This document shows positions 1 to 13,679 of a stretch of 64,000 bases of DNA, piece by piece; position 1 is the first letter of the stretch, and every line of letters begins with the position of its first letter. A program made the translations under genes and the position numbers. The notes under the pieces were generated by a model that searched no databases, was not told the DNA's origin, and worked only from the letters and a program-made list of their open reading frames with translations. Source of the stretch: Glaucostegus cemiculus (taxonomy: Eukaryota); assembly GCA_976551045.1 (NCBI GenBank), contig CDPCPM010000291.1, positions 1,736,001 through 1,800,000 on the forward strand, in the 5' to 3' direction.

Positions 1-1075
1 ATGAGGGGATCAAGTATTATATATCCAAGTTTACTGATGATATAAAACTAGGTGTCAGAGTGAGCTGTGAAAAGGATGTAAAGGGTCTTCAGCAGGATAT
101 AGACTGGTTCAGTGAATAGGTAACATAGTATAGAAAAATGGGAGGTTGAGGAAACAAAAAAGCCAAGTATTTTTTAAATGGTAAGAGATTGAAAGGCATT
201 GCTGTTCAGAGGGATCTGGGTGTCCTTGTAAAAGAATCATTTAAAGTTAACCTGCATGTTCAATAAGCTAGGAAGGCAAATGGTGGAAATACTCAGCAGT
301 TTAGACAGCTCTTGTGTAGCGAGAAACAGAGTCAACACTTCAGGTTGATGAGCCTTTATCAGAACTGGGAAAGCCAGTAAACAGGTTAGCTTGAGCTTGG
401 AGAGAAGGTGGGGAAAGGACGGATGGTATAAAAGGAATATCTCTGATAGGGCGAGGTCATACTTTTAATTGCAAGGGTATTTGACTGAGAGTGAAGATGT
501 ATTGTTCCCACTGTATAGAACCCTGGTGAGACCACACCTGGAATATTGCTTACAGGTTTGGTATCCCTACCTAAGGAAGGAAATACTTAAAATAGAAGGA
601 GTGCAGCAAGGGATCACCAGATTGATTCCTGGGATGGCTGGTTTATCATATGAGGAGAGATTAAGCAGACTGGGGCTACAGTCTTGGAGTTTAGAAGAAT
701 GGATTTTATTGCAACATACAGAATTCTTAAGAGGCTTGACAGTTTTGATGTGGATTTGATATTTCACCTGGCTCAGGCATCTTGAACCAGCGTCACGGTC
801 TCAAAATTAGGGGTCGGCTGTTGAGGGCCAAGTTAAGAGCAAATTTAATAACCAAGATGGTGCTTGGTCTGTGGAATTCTTTACCCAAGAGGAATGTGGA
901 GCTCATTTGCTATGTAGATTCAAAACAGAGATTATATATAGCAAGGGAATCAAAGGAAATGAGATTAGTGCAAGAACGTGGCACTGAGGCAAAAGAGCAG
1001 CAATCTTATTGTGGCAAAACAAACACTAGGTGCTGAATGGCCTATACCTGCTTTTATTTCTTTGTTCTTAATTCT
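1..1075 (+). mobile_element. CR1 LINE, degraded 3' part (RT C-terminus and tail), interrupted by a Penelope-type fragment
   Basis: SKFTDDIKLG-like motif at the start; ORF 469..759 LYRTLVRPHLEYCLQVW...GLSYEERL is typical CR1 ORF2; CR1-like tail gctgaatggcct near 1032. Confidence 0.9.
283..460 (-). mobile_element. Penelope-type pseudo-LTR fragment inserted in CR1
   Basis: ggaaatactcagcag...gagaaacagagtcaacacttcagg...atcagaactgg is homologous to the repeats at 20250, 39780 and 55400. Confidence 0.6.
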
Positions 1076-1965
1076 GTCTGCTCCCTTGCACTTTCCACAT
1101 GGTCCTGCCGGATATTTATCTTTTTGACTTTATATAAAATTTCTTCTTGAAAGCAGCATCCATCATTCTTTCAGTCTAGAGGACTGTCTGAAATAATTCT
1201 CCCTGAACTCCTCTCTCTTCCTTTTTATAGTTATTGTGAACCTCACCTACTTACATTTGGAAACAGGGTCCCATCTCACTTGGATTCTTGTAATATGCTG
1301 TAATGCATCTGTCCAGAGTTGAAGAACATGGATCATAACAGTGGATTAAATTTTTATTTGATTGCTTCTGAGATGAGAAAATCATTTTGTAGAGTTAACA
1401 TTGTCATTTTACAATCTGGTGATTTCAACAAAAGGGAAGTGCTGTTTGTAAGTGCATTGCAGTAGAAGGTTCAGTGGGCCAAATGCCCTCTGTTGCTTTT
1501 ACTTGTTGTAAACTACAGATACACAGCAGACGCATCACTTCTCACAGCAGTGAGAGGTGGGCATTTTTGAAACTTAATTATTTTTAAAATCATTTATACC
1601 AAGAACATCTCTTTTAGTAAATTAGATTTTAAGAGATCATTTACCTGTCAAAATTGTCCTAGAAAACATTATTTTAGAAGAGCTTAATGAATTTTTAAAT
1701 GTGTGTGATAGCCTGAAGTTTTCATTTGGCAGGTAATCTTTTTATTTAAATGCTTGCTAGCCCTTGACGAATCCTATTTTTATAATAATATTTCATCATC
1801 TTATGAAAAGGAACTGGAGGGCAAAAAGAACAGTCTTGTTTACCACAGTAAATATTGGTAGAGAAATAAGATATGGATTTATTCAAAGTATACATTGAAG
1901 TTTGACTGAAAATCTTAAGTCAGAAAATCTTAATTTGAGATGTTCAGTATTCTTGCTTATTTTAA

Positions 1966-2151
1966 TCTCTCTGGGTGCTCCAGTTTCCTCCCACATTCCA
2001 AAGACGTACAGGTTAGGAAGTTATGAACATGCTATGTTGGCGCCGGAAGTGTGGCGACACTTGCGGGCTGCCCCCCAAAATCACTACGCAAAAGACGTAT
2101 TTCACTGTGTGTTTCGATGTACATTTGACTAATAAAGATCTTATCTTATCT
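1966..2151 (+). mobile_element. V-SINE, 5'-truncated
   Basis: V-domain-like ggtgctccagtttcctcccacattccaaagac. Tail tttcactgtgtgtttcgatgtacatttgactaataaa followed by (atctt)n. Same family as 6140 and 19808. Confidence 0.85.
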
Positions 2152-4299
2152 AACCTTTAGTCACAAAACATTATCTCAACTACCTTGACTAAATTCATTG
2201 TTTTTGCCTCTCATGGTGCAATGCTGGTTATAGTTCACCAGTAGGTACTAAAATCAGCGAATGAATGGTTAGATTTCCTTGTGTCCATTAAATTTTCCTG
2301 AGCTTTTGGAAGACAAAGTGCTTCGGAGGATGTGGCAAGGCACACAGCACTCTCTAGGAGCTACTGAGATCCAAGAGAACTATACATCTCCCTAACCAAT
2401 CAATTCAAGGATTATAAATATACAACATGGAGTCAGAACCAGAAAACATCAATTGGAAAGTTAAAAAAATTTGAACTATGACCAACAGCAACACCCAATG
2501 CCAGTCTTCCACTCTGATCTCAACACCTATTGCCAATCTCCCCCATCAAATCCCAATGCCCAGTGCCAATCTCTAATTCCACTCTCCCACTCTGATTTCA
2601 TCACCAAGTGTTAGTAACTCCCCATGCAACCCTTGCCTTGGTGCTAGTCCTTTCCCCTCCAATCCTAATAACATTGCAAGATCTCATCCTCTGATCCATC
2701 TTTAATTGGCAGTACCACTCTTCACCCTCCCATCTCAACATCCCTTTCAGGTCTTCTCCCTCCAGTCCCAAGAACCAGTTCCAGAACCTCTCTCTCTCTT
2801 ATCTGAATACCAAGACTCAGTCTCCACTCCCCCCACCGCCCCGTTTACTGTGTGGCAGTAAAGAGACGGACGTGGTGTTGGGATCAGAGGTGAAGAGACT
2901 GGCACTGGGTATTGGAGATGGGGAAGGGTCCTACACACGATGGTGTCGACAGGGAGGATCCATTTCTTTCAAGTTTGCTTTCAGGCAGGCAGTATGTCAA
3001 CAGAAGGTCATTCCATCTGGTCCAGTAAAATACCTTGGGTGATGTAGGAGAATCTAAAGATCTGCAGTATAACGGTGGGGATTGTGGGACCAAGAGGGCT
3101 GTGTGACCGCAGAACCCTGGGTGTCAGGGGATCAGCCTGAAAATTGGGGGTGGGGGTGGTGTCAGTATAGTGGAGAGGGGAGGCGGGAGCCAAGTGTTTA
3201 CCTATGTGGCAGGCAGTCCAGTGCAATCCTGGGACTGCCTAACGATAGATGCACCTACGAAACAGACAAGTCCCAATGTTCCATCACATTTATTTCTCAT
3301 CTTCCATACAACATAAGAATTCTACGCCATTTGATGTACTGAGATACTGTTTCTGCAAAGCTGAAGATGGGGTGACACATCCTGGACAGCAATGTCTACA
3401 CCTATAAGTTTACCCAAGATCTGTCTTCACCTGAAATTGCTGTGTAACTTGTGCTCAAATAATGGTGGGCATCGTAACTCTCACTCTTACTTTGACTATA
3501 AATTCTGGGTCATTACACTGATAAAATTCCCATCAATAAAAAGCATTTGTGTTGGTGCAGTTTACTCAAACACTCGACCAAAACTGAAATGCTGCCATTA
3601 ATGGGAATGTAGAAAGGAGATCTGTGATAAAAAGTAATGATGCTGAACACAATAAATGCTAAAACTTCCACAAGCAGCAAGCTATTCAAAAGTGGCAATT
3701 AAATATAAAGGTAAATGGGACATAAATAATAGAATAAAGTACAATGCACTAAATAACATTTCAACAAAAGAAGAAGGTAAATGTTTGGAAATTTTGTAGT
3801 CTAATAAGTTATAAAGCTAGGTTCAAGAATGAAAATATCTCTGTTAATGGATATTTAATTGATTTTCACTTCACCTATACAGTTATAAAAGATGGTAGCA
3901 GAGAATTAGATAATGGAAATCTGGCAGTAGATTGAAAAATTAACCACTGCTCCTGTTCCAGGAAGTGGGAAGAAATAATTTTTCATATAATGGCAACTGC
4001 TGTATGATTGCTTATATAAGAATCTGGCTGATAATCCACCTGCAATCCTTCTTCCACTGCTTGGAATTCATGACCTCGCTCATCACCGCCTAAGGCTCTG
4101 CATTCAAAATCAATTCACTGCATAAACTTGCCTCCTCCAAGTCATTGCAACCCTGCTGCAGATCTTGATTTAAAAAAACTTTGGTGTTAAAAACATAGAA
4201 TGAAAGAGATTTTTAACTATTTACATATCAGTGCACAAATGCAAAAGGTAATTTTCAGTTTATTGCCACTTACATTACTGTTGATTTTAAAGGTGAAGA

Positions 4300-5500
4300 G
4301 TCATTACAATAGACTCCAGCATTAAAATGGGGGATGCAGCTGGGAATCCAAATGACAAGGAGACCACCTCAATCTGAGGGTGACAGCGTGTCTGCTGTCT
4401 ACCAGTGCCCTAGAATGCTGGAGTACTGCAGATGGTAGAAGGACCTCAACTTCAGGTTACCTACGTCAGCCATCTGAAGTCTCCTCAACTGGAGCCCTTT
4501 GGCATACCAACTGCATCATACGAGCACAAAAAAAGAAGCTCATGAGACAAGCATTAGGGACTTGCATAAGCCTATTAGATGGAGAGAGTATAAAATTGTT
4601 GTGGAACTTATTTTAGGCAAGAATTTGGTGCTGGGTTTAATATTTGCAATGAAGTGAGGACAGAACACATAGGATTGAAATGACGGAAAGGGAAACAGAT
4701 GGTGCTGTTGGAATGGGCACTATAAAGATTGTGGTGTATTGGGAAGGGGAGGAATAATTCCTGTGACGCTTTGCTGGATGTGCCAGTCAGTCTCTGGCAG
4801 TTGGAACTCAGGTGGGAGATGTTACTCCTCTATGATCTCCTCCTCCTTCACCTCTTTCTCACTTCTCCTCCTGTACTTTATGCTTTCCATTTTTGGGTTG
4901 AGGTTGGTTACTCATGGTGTATGCGTCAGCTGTATGTGACCAGTCCAGGCAACAGAGTTGTTGTTTGAGCTTGCTAACTTCCTTCAGGAACCAAGTCTGA
5001 AGAAGATAGCCCTTATGGTCCAGGTTGATTGCACAGCTGGAGCACTGCGTATGTGAATAGTCTACGTCTGGTATCCTGCATATAAACCATTACTTCTTCG
5101 AAATATGTATGCTGTTTCTTAAAACCTTTGTGAAGACAACACAGGCAGTGCCATCAAATTTCTACATACGTGATGTACATGACCAGAGGGATACTGTATT
5201 CTGCATTTAACTCATGGTAGACCGAACCAGAGATTAGTTTTATCTGCTTAGTCTATAGTATACCTGATCAGAGATATTAAACTCAGGACTAGCTGACTGG
5301 AATACTGTCACATATATTTGTAGTGTATAATTCCTGATGAAGCAGCTATAATTAGTACCAATCCATTCTATAGGAGGTTTCACAGTACCTTGCTGTAACC
5401 AGCACAACAACATCTGTTCCACTGAGGGATGGGCATACAGTCAAAGTCTACAACAGCAGGAGCAACTCTGCAACTTCAGTAAATCACACCAATACAAAAA
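4300..5500 (-). mobile_element. PIF/Harbinger transposase relic
   Basis: Ordered minus-strand motifs: FDGT (~5150, cf. IDGTH), LDHKGYLLQTWFL (~4985-5022, cf. LGDKGYPLQTWLM), CLDWS (~4937-4951, cf. CLDRS), then a purine-rich, Glu-coding stretch (~4830-4875). Heavily deleted. Confidence 0.55.
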
Positions 5501-6029
5501 AATTCCACTTGAGGAGGCACAAAGAGACCAGAGACCACATAACTACAGTAAACTTTATCTGGTGTGATATAAACAGAATAAAATTACTGTCATCTTCTTT
5601 ATTGCTGGTTTCTGCCTGTCACTTTGCTGCACAAAGTACTCCTGTGAGTATAGACTCCACAATCATTCCCTCTGTTGTCGGATCAGTCTGGTGTTAATGT
5701 TTGTTCAAGGCTTCTACTTCACAGTCAATTTCAAAGCTGCAGCAGCGAGCACAAATAAAATGTGCCTGACTGACTTATTTAACGGAAATTTGGCGCAGAA
5801 CAATTAATCCTCAGCACATTGTGGTGGAACAGTACAGTGTGCTGGATTTGACCCCTATTCCTTTCATTTCTTGTTTAGATTCTCTTTATCATTATGTTTA
5901 ATGCTACATTTATAGCATCAATTTATTGCAGTAGTCACTTCAGGGCATATTCTGTGTAGCAACACCTGTAAGATGTGACTAAAATGAAAAAATCATTAAG
6001 TATCACTATGGATTCTTGTCAACCATTCA

Positions 6030-7050
6030 ATATCAAACATTAATTGGAGAGGATTTAAGACTGTGTTGGAGTGTAGTTGAACAAAGAGACTTCGAGGTAC
6101 AAATACATTGATCTCTGAAAGTGGCAATAAAGAAAGGCATATAAGATATCTTTATTAGTCACATGTACATCGAAATGCACAGTGAAATGCATCTTTTTGC
6201 GCAGAATGTTCTGGGGGCAGCCCACGTGTTGCCACACTTCTAGCGCCAACATAGCATGCCCACAACTTCCTAACCTGTATGTCTTTGGAATGTGGAAGGA
6301 AACCAAATCACCCAGAGGAAACCCATGCAGACATGGGGAGAACGTACAACCTCCTTGCAGACAGCGGCCGGAATTGTACCCAGGTCGCTGATGCTGTAAT
6401 AGTGTTATGCTAATTGCAACACTACTGTGCCTGCCACATGCTTGCCTTTGTCAGCTGAAGAATTGAGTATAAGAGTTGGGGCATCATGTTACAGTTGTAC
6501 AGAACATTGGTTAGGCCACACTTGGAGTATTACATGCTGTTTTTGTAGCCACACTATAGGAAAGATGTGATTAAGCTCAAGAAGGTATAGAAAAGTTGCA
6601 TAAGGATGCCGTTTGAATTGGGGGGCTTGAGTTACAAAGAGAAATTTGATAGGCTGGGTCCGTTTTTCCTGGAGCAGAGGAGGCCAAGAGGAGACATGAT
6701 AGAAATATATAAGATTATGAGTGGCATAGATAGGGTAGATTGCCAGAGCCTATTTCCAATGGAAGGGGTGTCTATAACTAGAGGGCATCAGTTTAAGGTT
6801 AGAGGGAGGAGGTTTAAAGGGGATCTGAGTGGTAAATTTGAAGTGAGCTGCCAGAAGAAATGGTGGTGGCAGGAACAGTAAAAAAAATGTAAAAAGCATC
6901 TGTGCAAGTACTTGAATGAGAGAGGCACAGAGGGATATGGAATTAATGCAGACAAGTGGGATTAATATAGACAGGTGTGATGGTCAGTGTAGATGTGGTG
7001 GACTGGAGGGCCTGTCTCTATGCTGTATAACACTATAACTCTTTGACTCT
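6030..7050 (+). mobile_element. CR1 LINE 3' fragment with a nested V-SINE
   Basis: ORF 6606..6881 GLSYKEKFDRLG...RGDMIEIYKIMSGIDRV...TRGHQFKV. The KKAY/MLAF coding stretch is split by the SINE. CR1 tail near 7005-7050. Confidence 0.9.
6140..6437 (-). mobile_element. Full-length V-SINE (tRNA-derived head, V domain, LINE-derived tail)
   Basis: Minus strand: ggcaggcacagtagtgttgcaattagc...gacctgggtacaattcc (A/B-box-like head), gtacgttctccccatgtctgcatgggtttcc, and the same tail as the 1966 copy. Confidence 0.85.
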
Positions 7051-7354
7051 ATAAAAACTAAAGTTAATTAAAATGCACTTTGGTAAATTTTGACTTTTGG
7101 CCACTTAGCAGGGTTTTCCAGTGCTGGCGTAAGTGGGAGCCAATCCACACCACCATATCCATGGATGGTATTGCTAGTGAATAGACATGGCTCTGTGCAG
7201 TTTTAGCGCTCAGGGCTTTACTGCAGGTGGCAATGACAAAGGTGTTTGTTTGGTAGACCTGATCCAGCTGAGTCCTTGAATTAGACAACAACTTGGAATT
7301 TACTGACAATTCCATGTATATTCCTGAAGAATAGTAAAACAGGTACTAAGCTTG

Positions 7355-8940
7355 GAGTCATCGAGTCTTACAGCATGGAAACAGGCCCCCTGGCCCAACT
7401 CATCCATGCTGACTCTGTTACCCAGCAAGCTAGTCCCATCTGCACATGGCTCTCTAAATCCATCCTATCCATGTACTTATCTAGATGGCTTTTAAATGCT
7501 GCTCATGTACCTGCCTCAAACATTATTTCTGGCAGCTCATTCCAAATACACACCATCCTTTGCATGAGAAAGTTGCCCCTGATGTCCCTTTTAAATCTCT
7601 CGCATCTGATCTTAAACCTGTGCCCTCTTGTTTTTAAAACCTCCTCACTGGGAAAAAGACTATGTGCTTTCACCCTGTCTATGCCCCTCATGATCTTATA
7701 AACCTCTATCAGATCACTCCTCAATTTCCTACGTTCCAGGGAATAAACTCCTAGTCTACACAACCTCTCCTTGTAACCCTGGTAAATCTTTTCTGCATTC
7801 TTTCTAGCTTGATAACATCCTTCCTATAACAGTGTTACCAAAACTGTACACAATACTCCAAGTGAGGCCTCACCAATATTTTATATAACTGGAACAACTA
7901 CTATACTGAATGAAGGCTAGTGTGCCAAATGCCTTCTTCACCACCCTTCCTACCTGTGACTCTGCTTTCAGCGAACTATGCACTTGTACTCCTAGGTCCC
8001 TCTGTTCCATAACACTCCCCAGGGTCCTACCATTCACTGTATAAGTCCTACCTTGGGTTTGATCTCCCAAACTGTAATAACTGACATTTATATGGATTGA
8101 AAGCCATTTGCCAGTCCTCAGCCCACATACCCAGCTGATCAAGATCCCCCTGTAATTTTTCATAACCTTCTACACTGTCTACAATACCACCTATTTTAGT
8201 ATCATCGCAGTCTTACCAACCATGCCTTGTACATTCACATCCAAATCGTTTATATAAACTACAAACAATTAAGCTCCCAGCACCGACCCCTGTGGCACCA
8301 CTAGACACAGGCCTCCAGTATGAGAAACAACCCATTGACCATCACCTTCTGCTTCCTACCACTGAGCCAATTATGGATCCAATCCACTTCTCTTTTAAAA
8401 CTAATAGAATGATGGTCACTAGGCCCAAAGTACTCACCAACAGACACATCCACCGCTTGCCCAAACTCATTCCCAGGAGGAGATCCAGTGTTGCACCCTC
8501 TTTAATTGGTCATAAAGGAAGCTTTCTTGTACACATTTCACAAATTCTACTCCTTCCAAGCTTATTGCACAATGGTTGGCTCAGTCAATATTAGGGAAGT
8601 TAAAATCTCCCACTAATAGTACCCTATTATGTTCACCACTTGTTGCAATCTCTCTAGATATCAGCTCCTCCAATTCCTGCTGACTAGTGGGGGTTGGGGG
8701 GGGGGGTGTGGTGCCTATAGTACAATCCCATCAAAGTGACTATTCCCTTCTTGTTTCTAAGTCCTACCCATATGGTCTCACTGGATGATTCCCCAAGAAT
8801 TTTTTCTCTGAGGACGCTTGTTATGTCCTCTTTCATCAATAAGGCATCACTCCCTCCTCTCTTACCTATACTTCTGTCACGCCTGTAGAATCTGTATCTT
8901 GGAACATTGAGCTGCCAGTCCTGCCCTTCCCTCAGTCATT
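7355..8940 (-). mobile_element. CR1 LINE, internally deleted (endonuclease part joined to RT 3' part)
   Basis: ORFs 7503..7763 and 7870..8163 (EQRDLGVQVHSSLK, KKAFGTLAFI). Endonuclease-like GDFNFP at ~8595-8612. 3' tail at 7355-7395. Confidence 0.9.
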
Positions 8941-10224
8941 AAAAAAAAATCAGAGAGAACATCTTTGCATTTATTCTGCTCAGTACAGCATCCTTTATTT
9001 GGCAAACAATCTGACCATTACTTACCAGGCATACAAACTATGCTGCTGCTGCATAAAGCTAATTTTCATGGCGTTTATACCTGGCTATGTATGCCTATGA
9101 AAATAAACTCAAACTTAAACTTCCTACAACTTCAATTTGCTAAGTTTTGAATGATTTTTAACAGGACTCTTAGATCTAATTAGAGATTTACATTCTGCCC
9201 TCTAAATTTTGCTTGCATTTAATGTAACAAAAATAGTGTTGTGTACCTCCTTTTGCAGGGAATCCATTCTGATCCCAGAAGGACATTGATTACAGTTTTG
9301 ATGAGATTCAGAACCAACTGAACCTGACCCTTCCTGGCAGCAGACAAGAGGAGATCATAACTTGTGTATTCTTGTATGTTATGACAATTTTTAAGATCCA
9401 GAGAAACCGTCCATCCAGAATAGTCAAGTTTGAAATGAGCTACACATTTAGCACACGACACACATACCTATAGAAATCTGGCAAATTCAACATCAGGAGC
9501 CTGAAATAGATATATTCTCATTTAAGTGGATTCTATATTTTCTAATTCTGTGAGCAATTCTAATCAGGATTGATTCAATTAAAATATGTGTAAAAGTTAG
9601 AATAAATTGTTTATCAGCAATTGTATTGCTAAATGGCTCCAAATGGTATTTTCCGTTTAAATAATTAACAGCAATTTTCAAAGCACAAATATACCATCAG
9701 TCATTGTTTACTATTTAGTTTTTACAAGATTGTGGTTTTTATCTAGATTTAAACCCTGTTGGAAGTTAATAATTCTGCGGTGAGACAGCAACAAGTTGCA
9801 TATTTTTTGGTTAGTAGCTTATTTTCAATATAATTTCAATGTGAAAATGTAACATTTATTTTAACACTTTATTAAACTAAAGCCTTAATGTTTATCAAAG
9901 TCCAGATAACTTTGTCGACTTAAACCTTGCTATTTCACAAAGCATGGTTTTCATAGAACATACTTATGAAAGCTGAGATCAAATATTAAATATGAATGGC
10001 ATTTATTCTGAATATTCTTCTTAGTTCTAAGCATATTAAAACAGGTGTAGTCTTGATCACATTCCAGTTTCATAATTGCTGGAATGAATCTTTTTGAAAA
10101 AGCAATATCTCGGACATGTTAAATGACAATGATTTAATCTCCTGGGGTTTGAAATTTTACTGTGCTGTATTAGTAGTAAGCAAACAGCAATGAAATTCTC
10201 TAAAATGGTAAAAGGTTTCAATAA

Positions 10225-11975
10225 ATAGAACCATAGAAAAATACAGCACAATACAGGACCTTCGGCCCACCATGTTGTGCCGTTCATCAACCCACACCTC
10301 ACACTATCCAACAATCTTTTGAACCTGTCCAGCGTATCTGCCTCCACCACCACCCCAGGCAGCGCATTCCATGCACCAACCACTCTCTGGGTGAAAAACC
10401 TCCCTCTGACATCTCTCCTGAACCTCCCACCTATAACCTTAAAGCCGTGCCCTCTTGTCTTGAGCATCGGTGCCCTGGGAAAGAGGCGCTGCCTGTCTAG
10501 TCTATCTATTCTATTTATACACCTCTATCATCTCCTCTCATCCTCCTCCTCTCCATTGAGTAAAGCCCTAGCACCTTAAGCCTCTCCTCATATTCTATAC
10601 CCTCTAATCCAGGCAGCATCCTGGTAAATCTCCTCTGCACCCTCTCCAACACCTCCATATCCTTCCTATAATGTGGCAACCAGAACTGAACACAGTGCAG
10701 TCTAACTAGAGTTTTGTATAGCTGCATCATCACTTTGCGGCTCTTAAACTCAATCCCACGACTTATGAAAGCTAACATTCCATAGGCCTTCTTAACTGCC
10801 CTATCCACCTGTGAGGCAACTTTGAGTGAACTATGGATACGAACCATGGATATGAACCCCAGATCCCTCTGCTCCTCTACACTGCCAAGTACCTTGCCAT
10901 TTACCTTGTACTCTGCCTTGGAGTTTGTCCTTCCAAAGTGCACCACCTCACACTTCTCTGGATTAAACTCCATCTGCCACCTGTCTACCCAGCTCTGCAT
11001 CCTATCAATATCCCTCTGTAAGCTCTGACAGCCCTCCACACTATCCACCACACCCCCAATCTTGGTGTCATCTGCAAACTTACTAACCCAGCCTTCCACC
11101 CCCTCATCTAAGTCATCTATAAATATAACAAAAAGTACAGGTCCAGAACAGATCCCTGCGGGACTCCACTAGTCACAGCCCTCCAATCCGAGGGCACTCC
11201 CTCCACCACAACCCTCTGCTTCCTACAGGCAAGCCAATTCCTAATCCACATGGCCAAGCCTCCCTGGATCCCTTGACTTCTGATCTTTTGAAGAAGCCTT
11301 CCATGAGGAACCTTATAAAACACCTTACTAAAATCCATGTAGACCACATCCACCGCACTACCCTCATCAATCTTCCTCGTCATCTCCTCAAAGAACTCTA
11401 TCAGGCTTGTGAGGCAAGATATTCCCTTCACAAAGCCATGCTGGCTGTCCCTAATCAGTCCATGACTCTCTAGATGTTCATAGATCCTGTCCCTTAGAAT
11501 CCTTTCTAACAGCTTACCCACCGCAGACATGAGACTCACCAGTCTGTAATTCCCTGGACTATCCCTACTACCTTTTTTGAACAAGGGGACAACATTCACC
11601 ACCCTCCAATCCTCCGGTACCATCCCCGTGGACAAAGAGGACTCAAAGATCCTTACCAGCGGTTCAACAATCTCCTCCCTCGCCTCTCAAAGCAGCCTGG
11701 GAAATAATCAGTCAGGACCCAGAGACTTAACTGTCTTGATATTCTTTAACAACTTCAACACATCCTCTCTCTTGATATCTACATACTCGAAAACATTACC
11801 CTTACCAGCGCTCTCTACTGTGTCATCAAGACCCCTCTCCTTGGTGAATATCGAAGAGAAGTATTCATTTAGAACCACTCCCACTTCTGCCGCCTCCAGG
11901 CACATCCTCCCACCTTTGTCTTTAATTGGACCTACCTTTACCCTAGCCAACCTTTTGCCTTTCATGTACGAGAAA
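10225..11975 (-). mobile_element. CR1 LINE, 5'-truncated, relatively young
   Basis: Near-continuous ORF2 in 11708..12022, 11117..11635 (SQHGFVKG, SGVPQGSVL) and 10515..11099 (SKFADDTKIG), with few frameshifts. 3' end has ttctat-type repeats. Confidence 0.95.
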
Positions 11976-13359
11976 AAACATGTTAGGGTATTCAATACTG
12001 CTATTGTGTTGTGCAATTTCAACTCAAACCTGCATCTTTATGAAAATGATTTTCAAAAAGTCATACCTATTGTATATCTATCATATATTTTGAATGGTGT
12101 TATCTGAACAATGCTCAAATTCCCTTAACCACATGGAAGAATCAAGTGGTAACACTGAAAAACTAGGAATTCCCACCAGGATACAATATACTGCAACAAT
12201 ATTAATATTACACCACTGTTTCTCCTAGGTCTGAATAAAGAAATATTCCTGTTTCCACTGGTAATATTCCCATAGCCAGAGATCTCAGAGGTAATGAGTC
12301 AGAGAAAGATTTTCCCTTTTTATTCTATCCATTATTTTAATCCACTTTCATCTTTAACTTTCTTCTGCTTGAGTTTGTTACATTTGCTGTCTAATTCACC
12401 AGATTCATCCCTCTATATTTACACCCTTTAAAATTCAATAGAAGATTTACTGAGGAAATACATCTTTCATTTTGAATCAGCTGCATGAATAAAGTTTGCT
12501 GTAGAACATCTTGCCTGCTACTGAGATGGTGGCTATTGCACTTTTTTGGATTTAACTCAGCTCTTTGCCTTCTATGTCTGCAGATTGACATGACTAAGTC
12601 AAGCCAAGTTGATCACAGGAAATATTCAATTTTTCAAACAATCCTGTGTACTATCGCATGAATATTGGTCATAGTTGTTGGGTATGAATTCCGGGAATGA
12701 ATTCTGAAATAGCAGAGGCAGGAAAAAGGTGGATTTTCATTGGAAGAACCAAGGAGACAGTGAGATAGAAGGTTTTTACATAAGTGGATTATAAAATCAT
12801 GGGATGTGTTAGGGGCGGATGTAGTTCACAGAGATAGCTTAGAAAGGGCTGGTGTTTTAAATAAACTGAAAATAAAAACAGCCTCTGATCTTTTCTGTGA
12901 CCACTGTATATTTTACTTAAACATTGATGATAAATGCCTCAGTCTTAAATATGAACTCTGAACTATACCAAACCATGAACGTAACTCAACCATGGAACAT
13001 TAGGGATATCATCAAAAGTAATAAACCCATCAGGGCAGTTGGAGACAGAGACATCAGCAGCTAATCCTGACAAGATTCAACAAAAAAATTGTAACCTACT
13101 ATAAAGCCTTGAGGATCAGGACCACAGATAAGCAGAGGATGAAGGACCATAGATGGATGGGCTTTGAATTGGTGAACAGACTAGGTAATATAGGCAAGGT
13201 ATATGTAGAAATAAGAGTATCTGGTATCACTGATACATCAAGATAACAAAGGCTGGGAGTGGCCTTCTGTATCAGACCCATGTGCAGGACAGTGGGATTG
13301 GCCAAACGGTCACTATCAACTAGTAGAACTTGGTTCTTCTAATGCGAATGTTCATATTG

Positions 13360-13670
13360 ATGTTCAACATGGTTTTGTGCATGGAAATCATGCCCCATTA
13401 AGTTGGTTGAGTATTTTTGAAGAGGTGACCAAGAGGATTGACAAGGACAGGGCAGTGGATGTTGTCCACATGGACTATAGCAAGGCCTTTGAAAAGGTTC
13501 CACCTGGTGGCTGGTGTGGAAGGTTAGATCTCATGTAATCCAGGGTAAGCCCGCAAATTGGAAGCAAAATATACTTAGTGGAAGGAGTAAGAGGGTGGTG
13601 TAGAAGGTCGTTTTCCATAATGGAGGCCTTAGATTGGCGGTATGCCACAGGGATCAATGCTGGATCCACT
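13360..13670 (+). mobile_element. CR1 RT fragment
   Basis: Encodes QHGF...FEEVTKRIDKDRAVDVVHMDYSKAFEKVP and a PQGSMLDP-like motif. Confidence 0.8.
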
Positions 13671-13679
13671 GAGGCAGCA

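Noticed and set aside
2480-2850. C-rich degenerate repeats (ccagt...ctc...ctgat) as a spacer array
   Set aside because: No constant unit or period can be defined; low-complexity or decayed repeat, not CRISPR-like.
6380-6437. tRNA gene (also ~20030-20096 and ~58876-58945)
   Set aside because: The A/B-box-like sequences are SINE heads continuous with SINE bodies; no cloverleaf is evident.
9255-9475. Strong polypyrimidine-AG acceptor followed by a possible exon
   Set aside because: The longest open frame has a stop just after the acceptor, the peptide is unrecognisable and no partner exons were found.
10515-11635. Reverse-transcriptase ORFs as a retron-like or other novel RT system
   Set aside because: Ordinary frameshifted CR1 ORF2 with a standard 3' tail and a near-identical sibling at 54250; no associated ncRNA or array.
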